Assembly (NCBI GenBank): GCA_039190745.1
Contig: JBCCXZ010000004.1
Location: forward strand, 32,001-96,000
Source of the DNA: Planctomycetota bacterium
Lineage (GTDB): Bacteria; Planctomycetota; Planctomycetia; Pirellulales; Lacipirellulaceae
Reading direction: 5' to 3'
Length of the DNA: 64,000 bases
In this document: positions 37,822 through 49,892 of the stretch, in pieces
Position numbering within the stretch: position 1 is the first letter of the stretch
Layout: every line of letters starts with the position of its first letter
Translations under genes and position numbers: made by a program
The notes under the pieces: generated by a model
What the model saw: only the letters and a program-made list of their open reading frames with translations
Database searches by the model: none
Told to the model about the DNA's origin: nothing

Positions 37822-39456
37822 CTAGTCTTTTTTCGGCTCTTTTTTCGGCAAAGGTACGACGCGGTCGCCTGCCTCCAGGCCTCGGAGCACCTCGACGAGC
37901 TTGCCTTTTTTACGGCCAGTGCGGACTTCGCGTCGGAGGGGCTTATCGATGCCGTGGTCGATCACGTAGACGAACCGCTCTTCGCCCTCGCCCTCAACGA
38001 TTAAATGCTCGGGGATTACCACAGCAGACTCGTTTTCGTATAGGACGATGTCGGCCTCGCAGGTCATGCCGGCCACCAGCCAGTCGGGGGTTTCATCGTC
38101 GATGGTGATGGTCACCTCGAAATCGCCGCCGACGGGCGCCGCTGCGACTTCGGTCACTTCTCCGGCGATCTCCAGCGCTTCGTCGGCTGCCGGAGCAATC
38201 ACGACCGCTTGCCCGGGGGCGAGCTGCGCGATGTGCTTCTCCGGCGCCGCGACGCGGACCGAAAAGGGGCGTTGCTTGACTATCGTCATCAGCACCGTGC
38301 CCACAGCAACCTTGCCGTGCGGGCGGAGCTTCGATCGCATGCTCTTCACGCCGGTCCACTTGCCGTCGACGCAGCGGCCGTAGTAGGCCACGCCGTCGGC
38401 CGGAGAGCGTATCTCCAGCAGCCCGCGGTCGGCCAGCAGCTTCGCGTGCTCGTCGACGCTCCGAGCCCTCTGCTGGCGGGCCTTCTCGAGCGCGAACCGC
38501 TCGCGGGTGAGCCCCGTGCCCTGGGCGGCCTGCACTGCTTGAAGGTCGAGCTCCGCCTCCCGCAGCGAGGTTTCAAACTGTTTCTGCCTGCGCGGCAAGA
38601 GCACGCCCAAGGTGTACTCGCGGTTTACTTGTTGCGATTCCAGCACCAGTTCTGCGGTCTCCACTTGGAACCTTTGCCGGCGCAAGACAATCGCCTCGGT
38701 CTCCTCGGTGAGGTCGTCGGCCTCGTACATCTTCTCGAGTTGCTCGAGCTCTTCTCGCTGCGAAGCGAGGCTCTCGCGTGCATCCGCCAAACGGTAGTCC
38801 GCGATCCTCTCGGTAAGCGGGCGTTCGACATCTTTGAACCGGTTGAAGTCGTCCTGTAGTTGATCGAGCCGGCGTTGGGTGGTCTCCAACGCGATGGCGA
38901 CGGCCTCTTCCTGCCGGGCCAGTTCCTCTTCGGCTTCGCGGAGCGCGAGCTCGTCGAGTCGGTCTTCGATCGACTTCTTCTCGACGGCCTCCTCATAGTC
39001 GGCGGTGTCGAAGCGTACCAGGACCTCGCCCTCAGAGACCTCTCTGCCGTGCTCGACGGCTTCGAGCACTTTGAAGTCACTCCAGGACTCGGGCCTCAGG
39101 GGCACCTCGACCGAGTCTACGGCCACGAAGACGCCGTCGGCTTCGATCGTGATGCGTAGCGAACGCTCTTCAGCGATAAAGGGCTTGGGCGGCTCGGGCT
39201 CGTCTGGCGAGGATTCCTCTGCGACGGGCTCTTTGACTTTCCGTTCCGGCTCACCGGCGGCTTCGGCGTCCTCCGTATCGGTGTCGGAGTCGGCGGGTTC
39301 CGCCGACTCTTCGGGAGTCTCGCCACTGGTCTCTTCGGGTTCCGCCGCGGTTTCGTTGCGTTCGTCGACAGCGGTTTGCGCGGTCGCCCACGCGAGCGGC
39401 GGGTGGGATGTGAGCACGGCGAGCGTGCAGCAAAGTAGGGCGAGCCGGTTCTTCAT
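37822..39456 (-). CDS. HlyD/efflux periplasmic adaptor-like protein with a long coiled coil
   Basis: Lipoyl halves EHGREVSEGEVLVRFD and IRSPADG; VEVLRGLEAGDRV. Confidence 0.8.
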   Translation of the reverse strand: MKNRLALLCCTLAVLTSHPPLAWATAQTAVDERNETAAEPEETSGETPEESAEPADSDTDTEDAEAAGEPERKVKEPVAEESSPDEPEPPKPFIAEERSLRITIEADGVFVAVDSVEVPLRPESWSDFKVLEAVEHGREVSEGEVLVRFDTADYEEAVEKKSIEDRLDELALREAEEELARQEEAVAIALETTQRRLDQLQDDFNRFKDVERPLTERIADYRLADARESLASQREELEQLEKMYEADDLTEETEAIVLRRQRFQVETAELVLESQQVNREYTLGVLLPRRQKQFETSLREAELDLQAVQAAQGTGLTRERFALEKARQQRARSVDEHAKLLADRGLLEIRSPADGVAYYGRCVDGKWTGVKSMRSKLRPHGKVAVGTVLMTIVKQRPFSVRVAAPEKHIAQLAPGQAVVIAPAADEALEIAGEVTEVAAAPVGGDFEVTITIDDETPDWLVAGMTCEADIVLYENESAVVIPEHLIVEGEGEERFVYVIDHGIDKPLRREVRTGRKKGKLVEVLRGLEAGDRVVPLPKKEPKKD

Positions 39457-39759
39457 CGTCGTCTCTCCCGCCGCCGCGATCTCTTGCGGCGCTGGGATTC
39501 CAAGCCGTGTGGTGTTTTGCAAGTTCCGTCCCCCAGACAAATCGGGGAGGCCTCAACCACTTAGTCTCCGTTTCTTTTCGAAGCGGGGCAAACCGAAACG
39601 CCGGCGGGGGCTATTCGATCGGTCCCGCCCACTCGGTGCGTGCGGCCCCATTCGATTCAGGTGGCAGAGTCGCTACCATGCGGGCAGACCGCTCGGCAAG
39701 CGGCCGACGCCAGACCCTACCGACCCCGAACCCGACCGACGCAGCAAAGGACGCTCCCC

Positions 39760-40305
39760 GTGAAGATTTACACCAAAACAGGCGACACCGGTACGACGGG
39801 GCTGCTGGGCGGCGACCGGGTCTCGAAGGACGCCCCGCGGATCGAGGCGTACGGGGCAGTCGACGAGCTGAATGCCGCGTTAGGCGTGGCCCTGGCCGCA
39901 TCTCCGCCCGCGGGCATGCCCGAGCTGCTCCTGCGGCTTCAGCATTCTCTGTTCGAAGTCGGCGCCGAGCTGGCCGCGGTCGACCCACTCGCCGCGGGTA
40001 CCGCCACGCTGGTCGAGAGCGACATCGAGCACCTCGAGAAAGTCATGGACGAGCTCGACGCGGAGCTCCCCCAGCTGCGTTCGTTCATCTTGCCCGGCGG
40101 CGAGCCGTGCGCTGCGGCGCTCCACCAGGCCCGCTGCGTCTGCCGCCGTGCCGAGCGGACCGTGGTCACGCTCTCGCACGGGTCGCCGGTTCGTCCTGAG
40201 GTGCTGCGGTACTTGAACCGGGTGGGGGACCTGCTGTTTGTGCTCGCCCGCAAAGCGAACGCAGCCGCCGACCGGCCGGACACACCGTGGGAGAAGCGCG
40301 GCTGA
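39760..40305 (+). CDS. pduO: Cob(I)alamin adenosyltransferase, PduO type
   Basis: KIYTKTGDTGTT, YGAVDELNA, FILPGG, CRRAER, YLNR. Confidence 0.93.
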   Translation: MKIYTKTGDTGTTGLLGGDRVSKDAPRIEAYGAVDELNAALGVALAASPPAGMPELLLRLQHSLFEVGAELAAVDPLAAGTATLVESDIEHLEKVMDELDAELPQLRSFILPGGEPCAAALHQARCVCRRAERTVVTLSHGSPVRPEVLRYLNRVGDLLFVLARKANAAADRPDTPWEKRG

Positions 40306-40549
40306 GCCGGTTCTCCCGTCTCGGAGGTTTGTTCAGCGGAAACGAGGCAGTTCTGCCTGCTGGCGAGCCTCGGAGAGGGGCCCGGGTGTTCAGCGAACGC
40401 CCTGCGTCTGCTATTCTTGAGCGGTTGAGAAGTGCCGTGTCCCTTGCGCAGAAGCGTGTACGACCGACACCGGCAGGAACAACGCCCCTGCGGCAACTCC
40501 ACTCTTTAGACGTCCCCACACCAAGAGACCCGTCCGGCCGGGCCAGACC

Positions 40550-40888
40550 ATGAAGAAAATCGAAGCCATCGTCCGCCACTTCAAGCTCGAGGACGTGAAG
40601 AACGCCCTCAGTGAGCAGGGCATCGCCGGCATGACGATCACCGAGGTCCGCGGTTTCGGGCGGCAGAAGGGCCACACCGAAACCTACCGCGGCACCGAGT
40701 ACGCGGTGGACTTCGTGCCGAAGGTGAAGGTTGAGATCCTTGCGGACGACGACAACGCCCAAGAGATCATCGACACGGTCATCAACACCGCCAAGACGGG
40801 GCAGATCGGCGACGGCAAGATCTTTGTCACCGAGCTGAGCGAGACCGTACGCATCCGCACCGGCGAGACCGGCAGCAGTGCCCTCTAA
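40550..40888 (+). CDS. glnB: Nitrogen regulatory protein P-II
   Basis: 112 aa; GFGRQKG, T-loop YRGTEY, TGQIGDGKIF. Confidence 0.95.
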   Translation: MKKIEAIVRHFKLEDVKNALSEQGIAGMTITEVRGFGRQKGHTETYRGTEYAVDFVPKVKVEILADDDNAQEIIDTVINTAKTGQIGDGKIFVTELSETVRIRTGETGSSAL

Positions 40889-43538
40889 GGCGTCCGGCAC
40901 CCCCGCGAAGACCGGCGAGGCCGAGCTGGTCGCCCGCCTCCGCGGCGAGCTGGCCGAGGGCCGCCGCGAGATCCGCGTGTTGCACGAGAAAGGCGGCGAG
41001 GCCGAACGGGTGTGCGCCCGCCTTGCCGCGTTGTTCGATACGCTGCTGCTGAGCCTGTTCGAGGCCGCCTGCGACAACTCCCCGGACTCGGCGGGGCTCA
41101 GGCCGCACGTCGCGGTGGTCTGCCTGGGCAGCTACGCACGCCGCCAGTGCGCGCCGTACTCCGACGTCGACCTCATGGTGCTGCACGACACGCGCAGCGG
41201 CGACGACCTCCGGCCGCTCGTCAGCAGCCTCGCCCGCGGGGTGTTCGACACGGGGCTGCAGCTGGGCCACAGCGTCCGCACTCCGGCCGAAGCCGTGCAG
41301 CTCGCCAAACAGGACGCGGTGGTCTGCACCTCGCTGATGGACGCCCGGTTCCTGGCGGGCAACCAGGAGCTGTTCGACGCGTTCCGCCAGGGGTTTCTCG
41401 ACGCGGTCAAACGCCGCGGGAAATCGCTCTGCCGCGCGATCCTCGAAGCCCGGCAAGAAGAGCGCGACCAGTACGGCGAGAGCGTCTACCTGCTCCAGCC
41501 GCACGTCAAACGCTCCCGCGGGGGCCTGCGCGACCTGAACCTGCTCCGCTGGCTGGGCGTCATCCAGCACGGCGAGGGCGACCCCGACCGGCTGCACGCG
41601 CTCTCGGCGCTAACGAATCTGGAGCACCGCCGGATCGTCGCCGCCCGCGGCTTCCTCCTCAGGCTCCGCAACGAGATGCACTTCCACGCCGGCTCGGCGG
41701 CCGACCTGCTCGACCGCGTCGAACAGATCCGCGTGGCGGAGAAGTATGGCCACACGCACCGCGAGGGGCTCCGGGCCGTCGAGCACCTGATGCGCGACTA
41801 CTTCCGTCACACGAACAACGTGTGGCAGACCGTCCGCCGCCGCGAGGCGGCCCTGACGCCGCGATCGCCGGTGCAGCGGGCGCTCGACCCCGTGTTCGGG
41901 CGGCGGGTCGACGGCGAGTTCCGCATCGGTGTGCGTTACATCTCCGCGACCCGCGCCGACGTCGGCCGCATCCCCAAGAACCTCGGGCTCGTGCTGAGGG
42001 CGGTGATGCTCTCGGTCCGCGAGGGCCTGCCGCTGGAGGGCGAGCTCTGGCTCGCGCTGGTCCGAGGCGCCCCGGACGCTCCGGAACGGCCGAACGACGA
42101 AGAGATTACGGCCTTTCTCGAAGCGGTGGGCGACCAGGCCCTGGCCGGGGGCGTCCTGCGGGGTCTGCACGAGCTGCGCTACCTCAAGCGGTTTGTCCCC
42201 GCGATGCAGCACGCCCGGTGCCTGCTGCAATTCAACCAATACCACAAGTACACCGTCGACGAACACTGCCTGCGGACCGTCGAAGAGTGTACCCGTTTTC
42301 AAGAGCACCCCGGCGTGTTGGGCGAGAGCTACCGGGCGGTGCAGGACCGTCGGGTGCTGCACTTGGCGCTCTTGCTGCACGATCTTGGAAAAGGGTTTGA
42401 CGAAGACCACTCCGAAGTCGGCCGGCGACTGGCGGGGGAGACGGCAGAGCACTTGCGGCTGGGGAAGAAAGAAACCGAAGACCTGGTGTTCCTCGTGCAC
42501 CAGCATCTGGCGATGTCGCACCTCGCTTTCCGCCGCGACACGAGCGACGCTCGGCTGATCGAGGCGTTCGCCAAGAAGGTCGTCACGGCCGACCGCCTGC
42601 GGATGCTGTTTGTGCTCACTTGTGCCGACTTGGCCGCGGTCGGTCCCGGCGTGCTGAACCAGTGGAAGGTCGACGTGCTCTTGCACCTCTTCCGGCAGGT
42701 GCTGGAGGTGCTCGAAGGCCCCCGCGGCGACGAGTCGGGCGTGCGGCAGGCGGCGTGGAGCCTAGCGGTCGCGCAGCTAAAAACTAGCGAACGCAGCGAC
42801 CCCTGGTACATGACGCACGCGGAGCAGTTGCCCATGAGCATCGCCTCCGGCCGGCCGCCGCGCGACGTGGCCGAGCTGCTCCGCCGCGTCCATCGGCTGG
42901 CCCCGCGTTCGGCCGACGCCTGGGGCGGCTACCGCGAAGACACCGGCACGCTGGAGTTCATCGCCGCGGTCGAGTCGGGCGCCGGCCGGGGCGTTTTCTC
43001 CAGCATGGCGGGGGCGCTGACCGCCGCGGGCGCGCAGATCCTAGCCGCCGAGACCGTCGAGATGCCCGAGGGCGCGCTCCTGCTGCGTTACGAGGCGGCA
43101 GACCCCGAGCAGCCCGCCGAACCCCGCACCGAGCGTATCGCAACGATCGCCCGGGCAATGGCCGAGTCGGTCGATTCGCCCGAGCCCCCGCGGTTCGCGC
43201 AGAAGTGGGGCGAGGAGAAGGCCCAGCAGCTCGTGCGGCTGACCGACCTGCCCAACGAAGTGCGGATGCACACCGACGTCTCGGACCAATCGACGGTGGT
43301 CGAGGTCTTCACATTCGACCGCGTCGGCTTGCTCTACAGCCTCGCCCGGCGGCTGCACGACCTGCGTCTGGTGATACGCCACGCCAAGATCGGCACCTAC
43401 CTCGACCAGGTGGTCGACGTCTTCTACGTCACCGAGCGGTCGGGCAAAAAGGCGGTCGACCCGGCTCGCCTGGAAGAAATCCGGCAAGCGCTCCTGGAGG
43501 AGATCGAGTCCGCGACAAAGCCGGAGCACGGGGGTTAG
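40878..43538 (+). CDS. glnD: [Protein-PII] uridylyltransferase
   Basis: LGSYAR..PYSDVDL, GGLRD, YHKYTVDEH, LLHDLGKG, C-terminal ACT (DRVGLLY, DVFYV). Confidence 0.95.
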   Translation: MPSKASGTPAKTGEAELVARLRGELAEGRREIRVLHEKGGEAERVCARLAALFDTLLLSLFEAACDNSPDSAGLRPHVAVVCLGSYARRQCAPYSDVDLMVLHDTRSGDDLRPLVSSLARGVFDTGLQLGHSVRTPAEAVQLAKQDAVVCTSLMDARFLAGNQELFDAFRQGFLDAVKRRGKSLCRAILEARQEERDQYGESVYLLQPHVKRSRGGLRDLNLLRWLGVIQHGEGDPDRLHALSALTNLEHRRIVAARGFLLRLRNEMHFHAGSAADLLDRVEQIRVAEKYGHTHREGLRAVEHLMRDYFRHTNNVWQTVRRREAALTPRSPVQRALDPVFGRRVDGEFRIGVRYISATRADVGRIPKNLGLVLRAVMLSVREGLPLEGELWLALVRGAPDAPERPNDEEITAFLEAVGDQALAGGVLRGLHELRYLKRFVPAMQHARCLLQFNQYHKYTVDEHCLRTVEECTRFQEHPGVLGESYRAVQDRRVLHLALLLHDLGKGFDEDHSEVGRRLAGETAEHLRLGKKETEDLVFLVHQHLAMSHLAFRRDTSDARLIEAFAKKVVTADRLRMLFVLTCADLAAVGPGVLNQWKVDVLLHLFRQVLEVLEGPRGDESGVRQAAWSLAVAQLKTSERSDPWYMTHAEQLPMSIASGRPPRDVAELLRRVHRLAPRSADAWGGYREDTGTLEFIAAVESGAGRGVFSSMAGALTAAGAQILAAETVEMPEGALLLRYEAADPEQPAEPRTERIATIARAMAESVDSPEPPRFAQKWGEEKAQQLVRLTDLPNEVRMHTDVSDQSTVVEVFTFDRVGLLYSLARRLHDLRLVIRHAKIGTYLDQVVDVFYVTERSGKKAVDPARLEEIRQALLEEIESATKPEHGG

Positions 43539-43580
43539 ACTACCGACGTCGCGGCGCCCGCCAGGCGAGGGAAATACAAC

Positions 43581-44591
<1,011 letters not shown>

Positions 44592-44626
44592 GCCCAGTCC
44601 GATGCGGCCCGGTGAAGATAGATCGC

Positions 44627-45475
44627 TTACGCGCTGCCCGAGCGTGTTTGGCAGCCCGCGCAGAAGAAGGTCGACCGCTGCGCCTGCACGATCCGCTCAA
44701 TCTCTTGGTCGGGGCAACGGGGGCAGCGGCGGCCGGCTCGGCCGTACACTCGGTGCATGTTCTGGTAGCTGCCGTCCTGGTTCAGCGCATTGCGGTACGT
44801 GCCGTCGCCGAGGGTGGAGCCCTCATACCGCACCGCTTCTTCGAGCACGGCGTGCGTAGCGTCGGCGAGCGCACGCCACTGCGCGGCAGACATAGCGCTG
44901 CACCGCTTGCGGGGGTGGATGCCCGCGAGGTAGAGGATCTCCGCCGCGTAGAGGTTACCGATGCCCGCGACGGCCCGCTGATCGAGCAGCGCTACCTTCA
45001 ATTCGCGTCGGGAGCCCGCGAGCCGCTCGCGGTACTGCTCAGCGGTAATCTCCAGCGCATCGGGCCCCAGGGCGTGCGGGCCGTACTGCTCGGCAAGCTG
45101 CTTCTCAGAAAACAGGCGAACGCTTCCCAGCCCGCGGCGGTCCCAGTACTGGACGGCCTCGTTGGGGCCGGCGTTGAGCAGCATCCGCCAGCGGAGGTGC
45201 TCGCGGGTCGGCGGGTCGACCAGCAACACCAGCCCCGTCATGCGGGGCTCAACCACCACCGCGTCGCCGCTGTCGAGCCAAATAGCCACACGCTTCCCCA
45301 GCCGGGTTAATCGATCCACACGCCGGCCGGTCACCCTCTCGCGGAAGGATGCAAGCCTGGGGGAAATCAGGATCGGCCGCTTCGTGCAGCGGACGTTCTC
45401 CACGCCCTCAACGACAGACCCGACGATCGGCTCGATCCCGCGGCGCATCGTCTCGACTTCGGGCAATTCGGGCAT
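44627..45475 (-). CDS. mutM: Formamidopyrimidine-DNA glycosylase
   Basis: MPELPEVET, RLGK, LGPDAL, GIGNLYA, zinc finger CPRC..CAGCQ. Confidence 0.96.
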   Translation of the reverse strand: MPELPEVETMRRGIEPIVGSVVEGVENVRCTKRPILISPRLASFRERVTGRRVDRLTRLGKRVAIWLDSGDAVVVEPRMTGLVLLVDPPTREHLRWRMLLNAGPNEAVQYWDRRGLGSVRLFSEKQLAEQYGPHALGPDALEITAEQYRERLAGSRRELKVALLDQRAVAGIGNLYAAEILYLAGIHPRKRCSAMSAAQWRALADATHAVLEEAVRYEGSTLGDGTYRNALNQDGSYQNMHRVYGRAGRRCPRCPDQEIERIVQAQRSTFFCAGCQTRSGSA

Positions 45476-45561
45476 ATGAACGCAGTTTTCGCGGGGAGAA
45501 GCCCGCCCTTGATTCGCACTGTTCGGCGGCGGACAATTGAAGGTTTGGAGGCACACGCACC

Positions 45562-46815
<1,254 letters not shown>

Positions 46816-46855
46816 AACACGCCGAGTCCCAGACAATACACGGAAGCTGAAGTTC

Positions 46856-47050
46856 ATGGTCGTCGGCCCCACTGAGATTGCTATCCTCTCCGGACTGTTG
46901 TTGGCCCTGTACGCGACATCTTGGGTGCAGAGCTCTGTAGTCGCCGCTCTGGAGTGCGTCTTGCTGGTTGGCGTGATCCTGGTTTACATCGGCTCATTCC
47001 TAACCGAGTGTTGTGGTCGTTTGCGACGCGGCAATCCGCACTCTTACTAA
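46856..47050 (+). CDS. Small hydrophobic ORF inserted between trpB and trpA
   Basis: 64 aa with two hydrophobic segments; codon usage less GC3-rich than neighbours; followed 2 bp later by a periodic repeat arm. Confidence 0.5.
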   Translation: MVVGPTEIAILSGLLLALYATSWVQSSVVAALECVLLVGVILVYIGSFLTECCGRLRRGNPHSY

Positions 47051-47052
47051 AG

Positions 47053-47080
47053 CTCTGCGGTCTCCGCGTCTCTGCGCGAG
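47053..47080. repeat. Single 8-9-bp periodic arm (CTCTGCG type)
   Basis: CTCTGCGGT-CTCCGCGT-CTCTGCGCGAG resembles the CTCCGTGT-CTCTGTGGT right arms at 22809 and 28332. Confidence 0.7.
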
Positions 47081-47107
47081 CTCTACCCCATACAGCGACC
47101 AAACACT

Positions 47108-47908
47108 ATGCCCGCGATCGACGAACTCTTCACGAAGCTCCGCGCCGAGGGCCGTAAGGCACTAATGCCGTTCGTCACAGCGGGCGACCCCGACCTCGAA
47201 ACCACCGCCGCGGTGCTGAAGGAAGTCGCCAAACGCGGCGCGGCGCTCTGCGAGTTGGGCATACCGTACAGCGACCCCATCGCCGACGGGCCGGTGATCC
47301 AGGCCTCGTACACGCGGGCGCTCGATCAGGGCGTAAAGCTGGCCGACATCATGGCGATGCTCAGCCACGCCACGCCCGAGCTCTCGGCCCCCGTGGTGAC
47401 GATGGTCAGCTACGCGATCATCTACCGGCACGGGCCGCGGGAGTACATCGAGATGGCCAAAGAGGCGGGCGCGGACGGGGCAATCGTGCCCGACCTGCCA
47501 GTGGACGAAGCGGCCGCCTTGTCGAAGCTATGCCGCGAAGCGGACTTCAGCCTTATCCAGTTGGTGACGCCCACCACGCCGAACGACCGCGCCGTGCGGA
47601 TCGCCGAGACCTCCAGCGGGTTTATCTACTACGTGTCCGTCGCGGGCATCACGGGCGAACGCCGCGCGCTGCCGCCGGAGTTGGTCGACCGCGTCGGCTG
47701 GCTCCGCGAGCAGACGCCGCTGCCGGTGTGCATCGGGTTCGGCATCAGCGAGCCGGAGCACGTCCGCCAACTGGCGCCGGTGGCCGACGGGCTGATCGTG
47801 GGGTCGGCGATCGTCCGCCGCATCGCCGCCGAAAACCAAGACCCAGACGCCCGCCTGCGGGAAGTGGGCGACTACGTGTCGTCGTTGCTGGCCGCGTTGG
47901 ACGAATAG
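47108..47908 (+). CDS. trpA: Tryptophan synthase alpha chain
   Basis: TAGDP, ELGIPYSDPIADGPVIQ, VPDLP, GFGIS, DGLIVGSA. Confidence 0.97.
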   Translation: MPAIDELFTKLRAEGRKALMPFVTAGDPDLETTAAVLKEVAKRGAALCELGIPYSDPIADGPVIQASYTRALDQGVKLADIMAMLSHATPELSAPVVTMVSYAIIYRHGPREYIEMAKEAGADGAIVPDLPVDEAAALSKLCREADFSLIQLVTPTTPNDRAVRIAETSSGFIYYVSVAGITGERRALPPELVDRVGWLREQTPLPVCIGFGISEPEHVRQLAPVADGLIVGSAIVRRIAAENQDPDARLREVGDYVSSLLAALDE

Positions 47909-48001
47909 TCTGGTTTTTTGCCTAAGCAAGGCCTCTTTCGGGTACAGCCGCTCTATTCGGGTAACCGAAGAAAGAATGTTGCGCTTGGTCGGTCCGTTTG
48001 T

Positions 48002-48031
48002 TTGACCTTGCCAAAATCGGCTAACTAAAAT
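48002..48031 (+). promoter_or_regulatory. Sigma70-like promoter
   Basis: TTGACC-N18-TAAAAT in an AT-rich patch. Confidence 0.55.
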
Positions 48032-48043
48032 TAAGTAGACGGC

Positions 48044-48192
48044 GGCATCGGCGCGGCAGCGCCGACGCCTCCCCCCTCGCGGTGCCCCAGGGGCCGGCGG
48101 ATGGGTTCACCGGTCGGCTCTAAAGGGTCGGCCCAAGCGGCGGCAACACATCCTCCGGCATCAACGGTTTGTTCCGTCCCTCGTGGGCCGCG
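48044..48192 (+). ncRNA. Candidate structured RNA or 5' leader
   Basis: Nested stems 48093-48107/48145-48159, 48078-48092/48178-48192, 48112-48133 and 48044-48069; family not recognised. Confidence 0.3.
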
Positions 48193-48217
48193 GACAGGCT
48201 CCACCCGGAGGTCGCCC

Positions 48218-48772
48218 ATGGCGCCAGAATCCCCGCGGAACGATCCCCATAGACACCGCGAAGAAGTCTTCCGGCGTTTCTTCGCCGGGGTCACCGAGTA
48301 CGCCTTCACCGCCCGGCTCGGGGTGGCCGACCCGCCGCTAGTCGACTACCTCACCTCGATGCTGGTGAGCTTCATCCGCACCGACACGGTGTTCAGCCTC
48401 CGCACGCCGACGGGGGACCGGCTGAACCAAGTGGCCGACATGCTCGCCGAGGCCCAGTCGCGGCAGGGCTCGGCCCGTCGACGCGTGCACCGGCACATCG
48501 GCGACTTCACCCTGTTCTGGACCGGCGTCTACCCCGAGGTGGCTGAGGAGAGCCTCCGCAAGGGGCGCAAAGACGGCCTGATCGACTACCGCCGTCAGGG
48601 CAAGAAGAACTACCTGATCGCTAGCCGCCTGCCGGCCGGCCACAACTCGGCCCCAGACGACGTGCTCGAACGGCTCAGCGAACAGTTCGAGCTGTGCGTC
48701 TACGGCCTCGGCGAGGTCCGCAAGCAATGGGAAGAGCGCGAGGGTGAAGAGGGCGGTTTGCTGCTGGGTTGA
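48218..48772 (+). CDS. Hypothetical protein
   Basis: GGAGG before ATG; LGVADPPLVDYL, HRHIGDFTLFWTGVYPE, FELCVYGL. Confidence 0.8.
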   Translation: MAPESPRNDPHRHREEVFRRFFAGVTEYAFTARLGVADPPLVDYLTSMLVSFIRTDTVFSLRTPTGDRLNQVADMLAEAQSRQGSARRRVHRHIGDFTLFWTGVYPEVAEESLRKGRKDGLIDYRRQGKKNYLIASRLPAGHNSAPDDVLERLSEQFELCVYGLGEVRKQWEEREGEEGGLLLG

Positions 48773-48780
48773 GCCGGGCC

Positions 48781-49707
48781 CTACGTCACCAGCCCCTTCG
48801 TCACGAGCATGAAGACGTCTTCCAGAGTCGGCTCTTTGTCGGCGAACGAGAGTAGCCCGCAGTCGGCGGCGACCAGCTGCTTGAGCAGCCGCTCGATGTC
48901 GGCGTCGCCCCCTTTGATCTCGGCCGTGCAGCCCCGGGGCATCGGCACGACATCGTGCACGTTCGGGTGGCTGCGGATAAGGCTCACGCCCGCCTCGGCG
49001 TCGCCGCGGAAACGGACTTCGATGTGGCGGTTGCGGGTGATCTTCTGGTAAACCTTGTCGATCGGCCCGTGCAGCAGCAGCTTGCCGCGCTCGATGATGC
49101 CGATCGACGTGCAGCAGTCGGCCAGTTCGGTGAGGATGTGACTCGAAATCAGGATGGTCTTGCCCATGCTGCGGAGTTCTTTGAGCAGGGCCTTCACCTC
49201 TAATCGGGCGCGGGGGTCGAGGCCGCTGGCGGGTTCGTCGAGGATCAGCACCGGCGGGTCGTGCACCAGTGTCTTCGCCAGGCAGAGCCGCTGCTTCATG
49301 CCGCGCGAGAGGCCGTTCACAAAGTCGTCGCGCTTGTGCGTGAGGTCGAGCAGCTCGAGCACGTCGGAGAGCACCTGCTTCCGCCGGGCCTTAGGCACTT
49401 GGTACGCCACGGCGAAGAAGTCCAAAAACTCCCACACCTTCATGCCGTCGTACACGCCGAAGTTGTCGGGCATGTAGCCAACGCTCCGCCGCACGCCGAT
49501 GGGGTCGCGGGTGACGCTGTGCCCGTTGACGCGGGCCTCGCCGTGGGTAGCTTGCAGCAGGGTGGCCAAGAAGCGGATGGTGGTGCTCTTGCCGGCGCCG
49601 TTGGGGCCGATGAAGCCGAACATCTCCCCGGCGCCTATCTTGAGGTTCAGGTTCTCCACCGCGGTGAAGTCGCCGTACTGCTTGCCAAAGTTGGAGATCT
49701 CGATCAT
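48781..49707 (-). CDS. ABC transporter ATP-binding protein (ABC-2 type)
   Basis: GPNGAGKST, LSRGMKQR, ILDEP, SSH. Confidence 0.95.
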   Translation of the reverse strand: MIEISNFGKQYGDFTAVENLNLKIGAGEMFGFIGPNGAGKSTTIRFLATLLQATHGEARVNGHSVTRDPIGVRRSVGYMPDNFGVYDGMKVWEFLDFFAVAYQVPKARRKQVLSDVLELLDLTHKRDDFVNGLSRGMKQRLCLAKTLVHDPPVLILDEPASGLDPRARLEVKALLKELRSMGKTILISSHILTELADCCTSIGIIERGKLLLHGPIDKVYQKITRNRHIEVRFRGDAEAGVSLIRSHPNVHDVVPMPRGCTAEIKGGDADIERLLKQLVAADCGLLSFADKEPTLEDVFMLVTKGLVT

Positions 49708-49746
49708 GCGGGCGGGTTGCGGTAATGGTCAGCGGGTTAGGAGAAC

Positions 49747-49886
49747 TAGCCATAGATGGACGCAGATGAACACGGATAAGAAACAAGAAAATGGATAGCC
49801 TGTTTGGCGACCGTCGAGGGAACTAGAAACCCTGTATTCTCTCGTCGATTCACTCATCTGTGTTTATCTGCGTCCATCTGTGACTA
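49747..49886. repeat. CAGAT-type periodic inverted-repeat element (78-bp spacer)
   Basis: TAGCCATAGATGGACGCAGATGAACACGGAT / ATCTGTGTTTATCTGCGTCCATCTGTGACTA, 27/31 complementary. Confidence 0.92.
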
Positions 49887-49892
49887 CCATCT

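Noticed and set aside
39583..39612. GGCAAACC-GAAA resembling a c-di-GMP-I riboswitch
   Set aside because: The required following GACGCAAA segment and second stem are absent.
40472..40485. Possible sigma54 promoter (GG-N10-GC) upstream of glnB
   Set aside because: It lacks the TGGCAC and TTGC context, and such a match is expected by chance at this GC content.
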